Assembly (NCBI GenBank): GCA_964106645.2
Contig: OZ067043.1
Origin: Podarcis pityusensis
Lineage: Eukaryota
DNA: 64,000 nucleotides
Strand: one strand, 5' to 3'
Of the stretch, positions 24,861 through 37,197 are shown one piece after another. The translations under genes and the position numbers were made by a program. Under the pieces are notes generated by a model that saw only the letters and a list, made by a program, of their open reading frames with translations, made no database searches and was not told where the DNA came from. The number at the start of each line of letters is the position of its first letter. Position 1 is the first letter of the stretch.

Positions 24861-26880
24861 AGGTGAGTGATGTTTTTCCCATTTGAGTATTAACTGGATT
24901 TCAAGGACAAAGTCACTATGGATCTTCTTCCACGCAAGGATTAGTTTGATCTCACCAACCATTCCACAGGGGAGGAGGAAGTCAATACTGTTTATTGCTC
25001 ATTTTACAGATGGGGAGACAGAGACATATGGAAGCTGACTCTTGGTCAAGACCATTTAGGCAGATTATGCAATGGCTAACAAAGAACTGCCCCCTCAGCA
25101 AAGACCAGGCTTCTAGGCTTCAAACTGCAGTCTTCCCTCATCTCTCACTGATTATTATTATTATTATTAGTAGTGGTAGTAGTAGTAGAATGAAATTTTA
25201 ATTTGTCAAGAATCACTCATGGCCATATATATATACACATAACCAGACTCCAGTACAGAGGCAGAAACAAAACAAAAAAATACCCTATGAATGAAAATTC
25301 TCAGATCTGAGAAATGTGCAAATGCTTTAAATATATTTTATTTTATTATTTATTTTATTTATTAGATTTATATCCCACCCCTTATCCAAAGATCCCAGGG
25401 CAGTGATATAAATCAATTTTGAAAGAAAGTATTTTGCTGCTGATTTGTGTGAGGTTTTGCTTGTTTTCTGTTTGGTAAGACAGAAAACAGAGAGAGAGAG
25501 AAAAAAAACATGAACTTGAGGACAGAACATGTTTGGTTTTCTGGAGACATTTTTTATTATCCCTGAGCACAATCCTTGAATTCTGACTAGGCCGAAACAG
25601 AACTTTAGTGTATTGATTAATGACATGCTAAATACACACTGGGGATGACATAGAAGTCAGGGGAAACTGCTCTAGGAGCTGATTTTCTTAACCACATTAA
25701 AAACAGTTTGTTGGTTTTGTTTTATAAGCAGAAAGACCTCATAAGATAGCAGCTACTTGGAACTCTCTGTTTCTAACTGACTGAGCAATAACTGGATGTT
25801 CACAACTAGGGGAGCTTCCAGACAGGCTGCTCATTCAGAAAAAAATATACTGGTATGTTATCTCACTTTCTAGTGCAATTACTCTGTTACTTTTCTCACT
25901 GAAAAAGAAAAGTAATTGACAAGTGTTCTAGAAAGTATGGAGTAACAGCCACTATCCAGCAACCTTGTAGAACCTCCATACAAACATATCAGCATGAATG
26001 CTCAATGAACACCTGGTCTAGAAGTTCCCTAGAGATGTCTAGAATGTATAGTGTGTAATTTGGATATGATTGGCTAGGAAGGTATCTGATGTGTTGCCCT
26101 ATGAATGATCAGAATGTTACATGGCTTCTAATGCTTATGGGAAGCACATTTTTACCGTCCAAATGGTAGAAAAATATCTCTCAATAGCACAACTTTAGAA
26201 CATGAAATACAACAGGTTAAAAAAATGTGCCAGTCCATAAGAAGGGAGAATCTAAATTGTAATAAATGCAGAGATCAAATTTATTTTTTGCACATGAAAT
26301 GAAGACTTTTTTTTTGCTTTCAATTCAAGGCTAAGTACAAACTCATGATTTTGAATCAGGAAGAAGCCAATTAACATTCAAATGATCAAAACAGGCTTTC
26401 TTCAAAATAGGGGATGAAGAATTGCTAAAATCAAACTTGGATTGGATTCCCTATTGAAAAAGAGCAATTAAAAAAATGCTTTGTCTCTCTGGTCTCCCTT
26501 CCTCATTCCCCCAGCCCTACCCCCCCCCCCCCCCCGCAAAGCAACCCTTCAAAACAAATCACATAATTATTTTTGGGGTGGATTCTTGGAGGAAACCACA
26601 ATTGGCACACTAATTTAAAACTGCTTAAATTTCAAGGAAAAGGCTGGTCTCCTTGCCTAAGCTCTTTGAAGTGGGTGGAGGGGATATATACAACTGGTAA
26701 TAATATTTTGGTTTCTGTATCTCAGCAATGCCCTTACATATCTGTACTTTATCACCCGCCCACCAACACAACTGCAAATACTTATTGTTTACATAATAAT
26801 AGTCTTCAATGCCATTTAGCAATTTCTGGGTGTTTCATGTCATCTCCATTGTGTAAAAGACAATGTAACCATCAGTCATC

Positions 26881-26908
26881 ATTAGTGTTGGGTGTTAGCC
26901 ACATTAAT
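26881..26908 (-). promoter_or_regulatory. Putative QKI response element downstream of FnIII-3 exon a
   Basis: Pre-mRNA reads UAAU..GCUAAC..ACUAAU about 26-53 nt after the donor (ACUAAY core plus UAAY half-sites). Confidence 0.6.
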
Positions 26909-26933
26909 GTGATTGGGTTTGGGTTTTGCTCAC

Positions 26934-27049
26934 TCTGTATTCCTTAAGTTGTCCCTGGACGGTTTCCGGGTACACTCTACTCCATTGCAGGCTGATTGCT
27001 GTGCTGTTTACAACTTTGAGTCTAATATCAGTGGGAGCGGCCTTAGGAT
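26934..27049 (-). CDS. NFASC: NFASC alternative FnIII-3 exon a (YPKAAPTDIRLKVVNSTAISLQW...QLKEYR), 116 nt
   Basis: Manual translation; acttag| and |gtgagc; phase 1-0; together with exon b gives 321 nt (frame-preserving). Confidence 0.94.
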
Positions 27050-28745
27050 CTAAGTTGCCAAGAATAAAGCAAAGCAGATATTAAGCATACACAGAAATTT
27101 GAAGAAAATCCCCATTTCCCTCCCTAGTGCTGCAGTGGTTTACCCAAGAAAATCATGTAAACAGGAGGCTGCTCTTAAACATTGCTGCCATCATGTGGAG
27201 ATATAAAGCAATTTCAAGTGCACATTTTTGACAAGCGTTTGCATGATGGCGGGATCCATTCTACTCTGGTGCCAGTTTCCTGTATTTCTCACATTTCTCT
27301 TTTCTGCCTACCTCACCAGTGCACTCACAATGTTACAGTGCCCTCATAGGTTTTCACAGTTCACCTGACAACAGAAAACTGCCAACTCTTGAGATTTATA
27401 CAAATGCCTTTTAAATTCAGAGGTGTTTGATTCACAACAAATCAAGTTCATGCTGTACCCATAAAATCATTTACAATTGAAAGTCCCCACAAGCAGTAGT
27501 AAGCAATTTCAGATGGAGAAATGCCCATTTAAGAGGAGAACACCTCACAGCACAGGCAAGCAGCAGGTCTTAAATTTCAGCTTCAGAACTGTCTCTTTGA
27601 GAGAGATTTGCAGAATATTGATATGGCAAATATTTCCATAGGAACCGTTGAGGTACATTTCTTTATCCAGCAGTTGTTAACCCAGAGAAAAGTTACTCCT
27701 GTTGCAGGGAACAAGTGCAGAAACATTTTGTCCATAGCTTTAAGGAGAGTTGGTGGCCTGACAGAGACATATTTGACTCCAGGTGTTGTTGTGCTGCAAC
27801 TCCCTTTACCCTTGACCATTAAAAGCACTGAGATGGGCCAATGCAGTCCAACAACACACCTGGAAGGTACCATGTTGGGTATCAGTGGTTTAGAAACTTG
27901 TTCCTTCTCTTGGCACTTCTGTTTAAACAGATATTACTGATTTTTGAAACAGTTCCAAAGCCCCCGCCCCCTACAAAACCTGTTTATAAGATAGAACAGT
28001 GGGAAAGTATACATGCCATGAACAACCAAGCTTGTTTCATATCACTCAGTGCCATAAAAACAAACAAACCCCACACAACCACTCTGCCCTAAGTAAAAGG
28101 CGGTATGTGATTAAAGAAGTTTCCAGGGAAGAGTTTGGCCTATTGAGTGCTTAGTCATCTACAACCAGAATTTGAAAATGTCTGCATTGTACTATTTACA
28201 GGAGTTATAAAGTTCTTTACTTTATCTCATTGGTAAAATAGATTCTACTTGTTGTTACTGCATCCACTGTAGCTTCTTATTGTTCAAAATACCAATGCAG
28301 ATTATTGCCTTGCTTGTTATTCATTTCCTTTCCCCCCCTTTTTAAAAAAGCGCTTTCCTCTTTAAACAGCAAGGAAGCTACCCCAGCAGGATGAGAGGCT
28401 TCCTGGTAAGCAGGCTGGCTGGGCTACAGAGCAGATGGGAGGAAAAACCTGCTTATGTATTTTCCCATTCCCTGGGGACAGGATATGATGCTCAGGCCAA
28501 TGAGGAGGGAAACAGCTGTTGCTGGAAAGTGTTTCCTGTGGCTGAACACCATGTGGTGGGGGACAGCTGATTTGCTCTTACTGCCCCTTCCTCCAGGGCT
28601 GGGTAGAGCACAGATAATAGAAAAAAGTGTAGATAACAAAAGACAAAACAAAATGAAAAAAGTCTACCACGCAACTGACTGGATGCAAGTTTACATACAA
28701 TGTATCTGGATAGTTTGAGAACAGTATTTCAGTTTGCAGTGAACA

Positions 28746-28992
28746 TAGGGCTGCCATATCTGGGAAATAGCATCCAAGCGGAATTTACAAAAAATGGAAA
28801 AAATGTGCAGGGAAAGCTGGGTATATGGCAACCCATTCTTTTTGGTGGTGAATTTCTTTAAAAATAGCTCAAAAACTTCAACTTTTTGGGGAGATTTTGA
28901 AAAAAACCCCCCAAAAAACTCAACAATTCCCCCCCCCCGAGCTCAACAACTTTTGTGTCCGGATTTTCACTTTTTGAAATATGACAACCCTA
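28746..28992. mobile_element. hAT non-autonomous element (TAGGG TIR)
   Basis: TAGGGCTGCCATAT...ATATGACAACCCTA; perfect 8-bp TSD AGTGAACA at 28738-28745 and 28993-29000. Confidence 0.85.
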
Positions 28993-29811
28993 AGTGAACA
29001 GTTACATTTTAATTGGAAGAAAACCCAGATACCATGTTGTATTTCTTTCTGCAGACTACTAAGTTGAGGATGATGGCATTTCTTCATCCTCCCCCCTCCC
29101 TGCCCCCTTGTGAACTGCAGCCATGAAGGATATGCACAACTGAAAACATCATCAACAGAATCAGTTTACCCATTTTCTCACCTTCCCCACTGCAAATGGT
29201 TAATTAATTAACACAGCATTGATGTGTGAACTAGTTGCGATTTCTGGTGCAGCAAAATTTTACTATAAAATGGATTCCCCACTCCCATTTACACACTGTG
29301 ACCTTACATACAACCTGGAAGGAAGGGTTGCTCTACTTATTAATAGGAATAGAAGTGAATTCTGTGATCGTTCAAGGTGATAAAACTTTGATAAGCAAGC
29401 ACTTTTTGAGAGGCTGGCTACGCTGTCCTTGGTCCTGAAAAAACAAGTCATTCATAGTTGCTTGCAACTGTTAATTAGCTGTATTTTGCAAAGCAAGAAA
29501 GGAGAAGCCACAGTCCTTTTCTGTCACAGTCCTTTTCTTCCCATTGTATTGCAGCACTTTTTCTTTCTTACATCCCTCCTTTCCTACCTCATCTTCTCCC
29601 CTCCCCCACTTACTTTGCCTTTCTATTTCTTTGTTGTTGCAAGTTATTTTTTACATTGTTAATGTGTATCTATAAAAATTACACAGAAAAAATTCATTTT
29701 AAGAACAGCACGTGGAAGTGTATGACACCATTATTTGCCTTGCTTTGCTAGAGCCTTCTGAACACAATCCACAAGGTGATTTTGACCAAGAAGGCCTGTA
29801 AGAACCTAGAG

Positions 29812-29947
29812 CAGGCTTCCTCAACCTCGGCCTTCCAGATGTTTTGAGACTACAATTCCCATAATCCCTGACCACTGGTCCTGCTAGCTAGGGATCATGG
29901 GAGTTGTAGGCCAAAAACATCTGGAAGGCCGAGGTTGAGGAAGCCTG
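29812..29947. mobile_element. hAT (Charlie-like) palindromic MITE, 136 bp
   Basis: Near-perfect long inverted arms CAGGCTTCCTCAACCTCGGCCTTCCAGATG; 8-bp TSD ACCTAGAG at 29804-29811 and 29948-29955. Confidence 0.9.
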
Positions 29948-30495
29948 ACCTAGAGTAAAGATGCTAACAAGATTGTGGCACGACACAGTAAAGAGGCAAC
30001 CCCTAAAATCAACTGAGATTTCTTCATAAACCAGGTTTGTACATATTGACTTGACAAGCAGGGCATTCTAGATTGATCCCTCTCTCTTTACGCCCTGGTA
30101 GAACATAGTAGAATATACCTGACCTCCCTAGATACTCACCCAATTTTCAGGAGGCATTTGAACACCCTTTAACTTGGGTTGCCAATTAAAAAACAACCAC
30201 TTCCTTCTGATTTTGATCACTAGATATCTACTTCTAAACCTTGTAACCCGACAGAGCCCTTGGCATGTGTTACACTGCTAATTCAAAGTGAATAATATAT
30301 TTTTGAGAGTTGGCTTATTCAGCAATTCTTTTAGATGATTGCTGGAGAACCACAATGACCAAAACAAACATCACATATAGATTTAACTTCAATGCCTGGC
30401 AATCACTTTTGTGACTTGTAGACCTATCTGGCAGCTGCTGAAGGGCATAATTCACTTGGTGACTATTGATTTTGTTTTGGAATATGATTTCAGAA

Positions 30496-30636
30496 CAGGG
30501 GGAGAGAATCTATGGCCCTCCAGATGTTGTTGGACTCCAATTCCCATCAGCCCCAGCCACCCAGCGTATGACCAATGTTGAAGGATTCAAGTTGTAGTCC
30601 AGCAACATTCTGAAGACCATAGGTTCTCCACCTCTG
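30496..30636. mobile_element. hAT palindromic MITE, degenerate
   Basis: Shares the GGCCCTCCAGATGTTGTTGGACT...CCCATCAGCCCCAGC core with the other copies. Confidence 0.7.
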
Positions 30637-31417
30637 CTACAGAACATAGCAGCAGAGGATATGATTCATGTGTCACTTCTGAATTTTGTTATGGAATAAT
30701 AAAAGGGGATTATAGTTTGAGGACTCAGGTGAATTTCTTATGTTCTTGAGAACATTGGGAATAATTCCAGCATGAAACTTTCTTTAAGAATCATAAACTG
30801 TGGGAGCTAAAATCAGGCAGAGAGCACCAGGCTGATGATCCAAGCACTGTAACTCTGATCTCACTGCATGGTTGTATCCTAGAGTCTACTGGTTCTCAGC
30901 ATGTCTGGGACTGCCGCACAGATAAGTGGACACCTGTTTCCAAGCTGCCTTTAGCAATGATGCTGGCCATTGACCAAGACTCCCGTGTAGGTTTGTTTGT
31001 GAATAAAACCGCTACCATATGGTGTGTTAACAGTCCCTATTCCCTCCACCAACAGCATACTGCAAGGTACGAATGTTCAGAAGTCTCCGAAGCATTTAAG
31101 TCTACATGATCAATGCTTCCTCCTCCCTTTTAAAACACAGCAAAAGAATGAACCTCCTGTGGAGCAATAAATATATGAAATGAATAGGAGTAAAAGTTAT
31201 GGAAGATGGATGCCTTTTAAAGGTGGAATGAAGCACTTCTACATTCCAGTGATTGTAATGGAAAAGGTTTAAGCCTGTGCTTAACTCTCCTGATGAAATC
31301 AGTGTAAAAGTGAATACGGATTTGAGCCCAAGTATCCACAATTTACATCCAACACTCTCTTGTATTTATCCATGTAACTTTTTATTTATATCCCCATTCA
31401 CATGAATGTTATTTATC

Positions 31418-31445
31418 TACTTACTTACTTACTTACTTACTTACC
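31418..31445 (+). repeat. (ACTT)n microsatellite
   Basis: Seen directly. Confidence 0.85.
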
Positions 31446-31973
31446 TTTGTTAGCCAGACAATGAAGCTGGTGACTACAGCTGGTTCATATAACCTCTCCG
31501 AGTCTGTTCTAGACCCATAAGATGGAATAATATCTTTTTCTAACCTCAAAATGCTGAGGCAGCCTAGTAACTATATTGTCTGCTGCTGTTCTGCCTCTGA
31601 TATAGTGTGTTATTCATGGTTGGCATGTTTTGTTGCTTTTCATGTGTGCTGTTAGTTTGCCTTGAATATTCTATTAATGCTTTAAATAAAGAAGATATGT
31701 GTGTGTTTTAAATAGATAAGAGATGGAAATATAAATCTTCAAGAAAAATGAGTTAATTTGAAGTTCATGGGCATGCAAGCTAAATGGTCTCTTGGGGCAC
31801 TCCAGAGACCTCTGAAGTTTCTACATGTGTGTTTCATTCTCCAAAGTGCCTGGCACTGGAATTCAATGCCTCCTGTTAACAGAGCCAATCACATAAGATC
31901 TTGGATTGCAAGACCGCCAGTGGTGGAGCCTTTTTTGGTACCCCAAACTCTTTACATCTATGAGAATACTCAC

Positions 31974-32202
31974 AATCTTCCCCCGAGTAGCCAATGACGG
32001 TCTCAGGTTCCATAGCAACCCCATAGTCATTTTTGGCCTGCACTTTGATCTCGTAGGGTGTATAGATGGGCGTCTGTGTGACAGTGAACTGGTTGGTGTC
32101 ACCCTTTACCGTCCTGTTGTTCCAACTCTCCCGGGTGTCTCTTCTTCTCCATTTCACAATGTACTTGAGGTTGGGGCCGTAAACTTGGGTTGCATTTAGC
32201 GG
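31974..32202 (-). CDS. NFASC: NFASC exon, FnIII-2 second part ([12 protein letters not shown]...IGYSGED), 229 nt
   Basis: tttaag| and |gtgagt; phase 0-1. Confidence 0.95.
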
Positions 32203-32334
32203 CTTAAAGGATACACAAAAATTAAGAAATCCATTATTACTCTTGTTAATTTTGAACATCAGCTGCTATCCCTGCCACCTGAACAGTGTTTCTGTGACTC
32301 CAGAGGATACAGAATCATAGATGAATCTAAAAAC

Positions 32335-32566
32335 AAACAGGACTAACAAGCCCATGGTGTCATAAGCTTTCATATGCTAGAGTCTACTTTATCAGATGCA
32401 TGAAATGTTGCCCTCCATTGGCAGATTCTCCCTCCCTCCCTCTGTATGGGTGTTTTCAAGCTTTCCTCTTAGCCTTTATGGACTCTAGCCCACAAAAGCT
32501 TATACCCAAATATTCAGCCTGAGTATTTACTGTGTCACAGGACACTCTGTTTTCACTGCAGCAGAC
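32335..32566. mobile_element. Penelope-like element terminal (pLTR) relics in inverted orientation
   Basis: Minus CATGCATCTGATAAAGTAGACTCTAGCATATGAAAGCTTATG facing plus TGGACTCTAGCCCACAAAAGCTTATACC. Confidence 0.6.
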
Positions 32567-33006
32567 TTTTCTGTGAACTGCCCTGAGACCTCTGGGTATA
32601 GGGCGGTATATAAATTAAAATTCTAATAATAATAATAAATATCACTTTGGAGATAACAAATGCAAAATGCATCCAGATAACTGCACAGTTTCCAATTATA
32701 TGAATTGCACCAGCAACAAGTATACACATGGAGAGTTATTTTCTTGGACTTGCTGCAGGAATATTTGGACTGTTTGGCTTTGAGATATTGGATTGTGCAT
32801 GCCATTATTATTTTGGCATTGTAAAGATCATTTAAGTATTAGAAGGTGTTGAATTTTTTTTGTACATTATTGTCAATGAATTTTTGTAAACCACATGCAG
32901 AGTTATTTAGCTTGTGATAAAATTTATTGCAGCAAAGGCCATGGAATGCAAACCTTGTATGCAAGAAAAGAATGTGCTATAAACAATAGCCCCCATGTTA
33001 ACTCAC

Positions 33007-33077
33007 CGTCCAGGATATCACCATGTTATTTTTGGCTGTTCCTGCTCCTTTAACTCCTGTGGGGTTAATTTCTGGAC
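33007..33077 (-). CDS. NFASC: NFASC exon, FnIII-2 first part (RPEINPTGVKGAGTAKNNMVISWT), 71 nt
   Basis: Manual translation; tttcag| and |gtgagt; phase 1-0. Confidence 0.94.
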
Positions 33078-33903
33078 CTGAAATAAATTAAAACATGAAA
33101 TTTGTTTTAAAGCATTGAATGCTACAACACAGCTACTGCAAGCTTTTCTATACCCTGCAATATTGCTAAAGGAATAATCTTTTTTTTTCCCACATAGGAA
33201 GGCTAGAACACAAAGGGGAGACCCACATAAAGCCTCTGCCAAAAGGAAAGACCTATGCAATTGCTATGGTACTAAAAAAGCTATTTGCAAAGCAAACTTT
33301 TAAGGTTACTATGACACTGGTGGTGTCAGTTGTTTAAAAAGCGCTTAAAACAAAGATGGGGAAACTATGAAGGGACATTAACCCCCTCAAAAAAGTCAGT
33401 GTGGAGCAGCGGCTCATGCTGGTAAGGCTAGAGAGAAAGTGGTTACAGTGTACAGCACTACAGAGAATTCCCTCTGTGTATGCTACCCTTTCTCTCTCTC
33501 TCCTTCTGTGTTTCTATTAACACTGGCCTGAACTAATCAGCTGCAGAGGCTGCATGGAATTTGGTCAAGGGCTGCTTATGGCCCATGAGGTCATGTTTCC
33601 CACCACATATTTAAACAAAGGGTTATGAGTAAATTAAGATGCACAAGAGCCTTACAACAGAAACATGCCTTCTTTGATGTTTTGTACAAAAAAAATATCA
33701 AAATCCAGCCCATCATTTCCCTAATTTGAGAAAAGTATTTATTTGTGAGGTTCCCCTTGCACTCCATGCACATCTACAGTCCAAAATCTTAAACTTAAAA
33801 TACCAAGCCAGTACATATCTGTTAGGATCTCTGACAAAAGCCCATTAGCCTAAAGATACTTGGTTGACTCAGAAAAAGCTCAGGGCTGCTTCGTACATTA
33901 CAT

Positions 33904-34040
33904 CAGGGATGGGAATTCTGTGGCCCTCCAGATATTGTTGGACTTGACTCACATCCTCCCTAACTATTGGTCATGCCGGCTAGGGCTGATGGAGGTTGCA
34001 GCTTAGCAGCATCTGAATGGCTGCAGATTCCCTATCTCTG
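33904..34040. mobile_element. hAT palindromic MITE, older related family
   Basis: CAGGGATGGG...CCCTATCTCTG; TSD cattacat/catgacat. Confidence 0.75.
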
Positions 34041-34362
34041 CATGACATGGATAAGATGCACCAAAAATGTTTTTATGTGTACACATTAAATCTAATGTAA
34101 TGGGACAACATGACAAACAGGTGCATGCATGTATTTCACAGGCACACTTTCCAGGGAACTGAGACTGGCCACTACTGCTTGATGAGCATACATAGTGACG
34201 AATATGGGCTACCTAAAAAGGTAACGCTTGACAGAATCCACATTCTTAGTGTCTCTCTCTTTTATCTGTCCTTGTTCTTGCGTACATTACAATTGCATAA
34301 TTTTATGTAAGTGTTCTTTTCCTTTCAAATATACCCACCCACTCAAGTCAAATAGCACTTAC

Positions 34363-34560
34363 GTGCCCCATTCGTATGGTATCGCTCAGAAGGCAAGCTG
34401 GGGTAACTGCTTCCTACTTCATTCACAGCTATTACTCGGAACTGATAGTTGACGTAGGGTGCAAGGCGCAGGATAGCAGAGTTCACGCTTCCTGGGTAAC
34501 GGGAATGGTTGTGCCAACTTCCAGGCTGGAATCTATCCTCTTCAAATTCCACAATGTAAT
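34363..34560 (-). CDS. NFASC: NFASC exon, FnIII-1 second part ([14 protein letters not shown]...YHTNGA), 198 nt
   Basis: ttctag| and |gtaagt; phase 1-1. Confidence 0.96.
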
Positions 34561-34692
34561 CTAGAAGAGCAGAGTGTGAAGGCTTGCTAAAGTTGCGACA
34601 TAATTATCGGCCAGCTGACTTTTAGAAAGGAAACCAAACCAAAGCAACACGGTTCACCTGTAGGGTTTCAAAGTAGAGGAACAAGTGCTGAC

Positions 34693-34794
34693 CTGTGATA
34701 GGGCTGTTGTTGTCGTCACCAGGAATCCACGTCAACCGCACACTCCTTTCAGCGAGGTCAGTTAGTTCAAGATCACGAGGACGTTCAGGACGTG
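34693..34794 (-). CDS. NFASC: NFASC exon, FnIII-1 first part ([19 protein letters not shown]...NNSPIT), 102 nt
   Basis: ctgtag| and |gtcagc; phase 1-1. Confidence 0.95.
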
Positions 34795-35669
34795 CTACAG
34801 GCAAAAGAATGCATGTAAGGTGCAGGTGTCCCTCATGGGCTAGTCCACTCAAGAGCTGGTGCTTAATATCTTTGGGTATCATGACCACTGATTCTGGGAC
34901 CTTGCAGCATGAAGCAGAGAGAAGTCCACTAAGGCCATTTCCTCAGAGGAAGAATAGCCAGTATTGCATTTGGGGACCTCTTGGACACAGAACACAGCCC
35001 TGCCTCCATTGATGGACTCAGATTAGGAATCAGCCTTGCAGAAGTCAAAGGCTACGAGATCAGTGAAGGCCCTTTAACAACTCAGCCAGCTCCTCTACAC
35101 AGGTGAAACCAACCATGCAACAGGTCTTACCAGCCTTCAGTTGGCTTCTGGCCTCGGCTGGGACATCTTCATAAAGCTACCTTGGTAGGAGAGCACTTCA
35201 GCCAACAGGGCTCACTTAGAACTATCCAAGGTTCTGTTTTTCTCTACCCTCTTCATAAGAGGGCCCTAACAGTTAATCCACATTCTTTGCAATGTGCAGA
35301 GCTTTACAAAGAAGGAACATAAATACAATGAAGGGCAAAAGTCACCTTGCAAAAATAAAAAGGAGGGTGAGAAACACCTCCCATCACTTTTAGCATCAGC
35401 CCCCAAAATTCATCCATGCAGACTAATTAAAATATTCTTCCTTTGCAGTAGGGGGCAACATCAACAACAATTTGTGCAACAGAAATCAAGATCCCCTACC
35501 CCAATGAGGTCCAATTATCAGGGATATTTGTCATGAGGTTTGGGCCAGCCAAAGTTATTCAACTTTCAGAGGCACTTAAATTTCATACCAAAGTCATTGC
35601 AATGGTCAAGCAACAGTGAATGTAAAAATTAATAATAATCAAAGTGGTAAATGGATCAGTAGTGATTAC

Positions 35670-35705
35670 CTTTGGGTAGGGTCATACGGTTAACAGAAGA
35701 AGGAG
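35670..35705 (-). CDS. NFASC: NFASC alternative 36-nt Ig6-FnIII1 linker exon (APSSVNRMTLPK)
   Basis: ttttgcag| and |gtaatc; phase 1-1; NR..LPK ending resembles the known neurofascin linker insert at this position. Confidence 0.85.
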
Positions 35706-36018
35706 CTGCAAAAATAGATATTAGCTATTTAGATGGTTAGTTCAATTCTTAAGCACAACTTGTTGCAGGGATACAATGTGCAGTGGCTGTGCCAGGTTTC
35801 AAGAAGCCCTGGGCAAGATGACTTCCAGACCCTCCTCCACCACTGAAACACTTTGTCTTCCTCTACCAGGAGGCCCTAGTTGCTTCCCATCTTCTAAATG
35901 GTGAGAAGGGAATGGACAGAACCCTAGTTCTTTCTTTTGCTTGGAGGAGGGGAAAGAAAGGAACCTGTCTGTTACCTTCCTACAACCAGGAAAGTTTAAA
36001 AGGAGGTGAAAGAATGGA

Positions 36019-36184
36019 AAAAAGGTAAAGGGACCCCTGACCATTAGGTCCACTCATGACCAACTCTGGGGTTGCGGCGCTCATCTCGCTTTATGGGCCG
36101 AGGGAGCCGGCGTACAGCTTCCGGGTCATGTGGCCAGCATGACTAAGCCGCTTCTGGTGAACCAGACCAGTGCACGGAAACGCC
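36019..36184 (-). mobile_element. Sauria-type SINE, 5'-truncated
   Basis: 3' half of the family; 11-bp TSD GAAAGAATGGA at 36008-36018 and 36185-36195. Confidence 0.88.
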
Positions 36185-36689
36185 GAAAGAATGGATATCC
36201 TCCCACAAATACAAAAATTAGAAGTAAAAAGGACTCATCCTCCCCATCCCTTAACAAGCAGCAGGAAAGCAAATTAAGTTCCCTTTCCTAGTCTTTTTTC
36301 AAAACTTTTTTTATAGAGGCTGATGGATGCTTTGGCTCCAACATACCTGACAATCTCTAAAAGAACATTTTGGAAAAAAGTTTGCTTAGTGGTGGCACTT
36401 CCTCCTCTTGGTGGTGGAAGCAGTCAACACTTTAAAAAAACAACAAAACAAAACAAAACAGCAGAGCAAACAAGCTGCTGCATTCAGAGCAAAGCTCTGG
36501 ATAGTTTTATCTTTCTTTTTAATTTCTCAGAGTGTTTATGGAGCCCACATGAAGACCAGAGGCACCTGGGTGGGTACAACTGTCTAGAGCATTGCTCCAA
36601 AGGCAACTGTGCACCAAACCCTGCTGTAAGGGTTTCAAAAAAGAAGAGTCAGGGACTACCATGGTGGTGCCCTTTGGGAGCACAGGGCA

Positions 36690-36848
36690 CTTACCTTACC
36701 CTAAATCAGGCCATTGCTCAGTTATGTCTGCACTGACTCACAGTGGCTCTCCAGGGTTTCTGGCAAGAGTCACTCCCTGGAGATGCCAGGGACTGAACCT
36801 GGAAGCTTCTGCATGCAAAGCAGATGCTCTACCATTGAGCTACAGTCC
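36690..36848 (-). mobile_element. tRNA-derived SINE copy
   Basis: Reverse complement of the family at 11878. Confidence 0.65.
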
Positions 36849-36915
36849 TTCCTCTTGCAGTTGTGTCCCATGGCCCAGCCCTATCAGCACCACTGACTAC
36901 AAGGACCAGAGTACC

Positions 36916-37165
36916 GACCTACAGGGAACCAGACAGAGGGCCTTCTCAGTAGTGCGCCCACCCTGTGGAACGCCCTCCCATCAGATGTCAAAGAGATAAA
37001 CAACTACCTGACATTCAGAAGACATCTTAAGGCAGCCCTGTTCAGGGAAGTTTTTGATATGTAATGCTGTACTGTTTTTAACACTTGATTGGGAGCCGCC
37101 CAGAGTGTCTGGGGAAACTCAGCCAGATGGGCGGGGTATAAATAAATTATTATTATTATTATTAT

Positions 37166-37167
<2 letters not shown>
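36916..37167 (+). mobile_element. LINE (L2/CR1-clade) 3' end fragment with (TAT)n tail
   Basis: Encodes RAFSVV..P.LWN.LP-like LINE ORF2 C-terminus; 3' UTR GCCGCCCAGAGT...GGGCGGGGTATAAATAAA and TAT tail. Confidence 0.75.

Positions 37168-37197
<30 letters not shown>
37147..37197 (+). repeat. Compound microsatellite (TAT)n(TAG)n
   Basis: Seen directly; grows out of the LINE tail. Confidence 0.9.
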
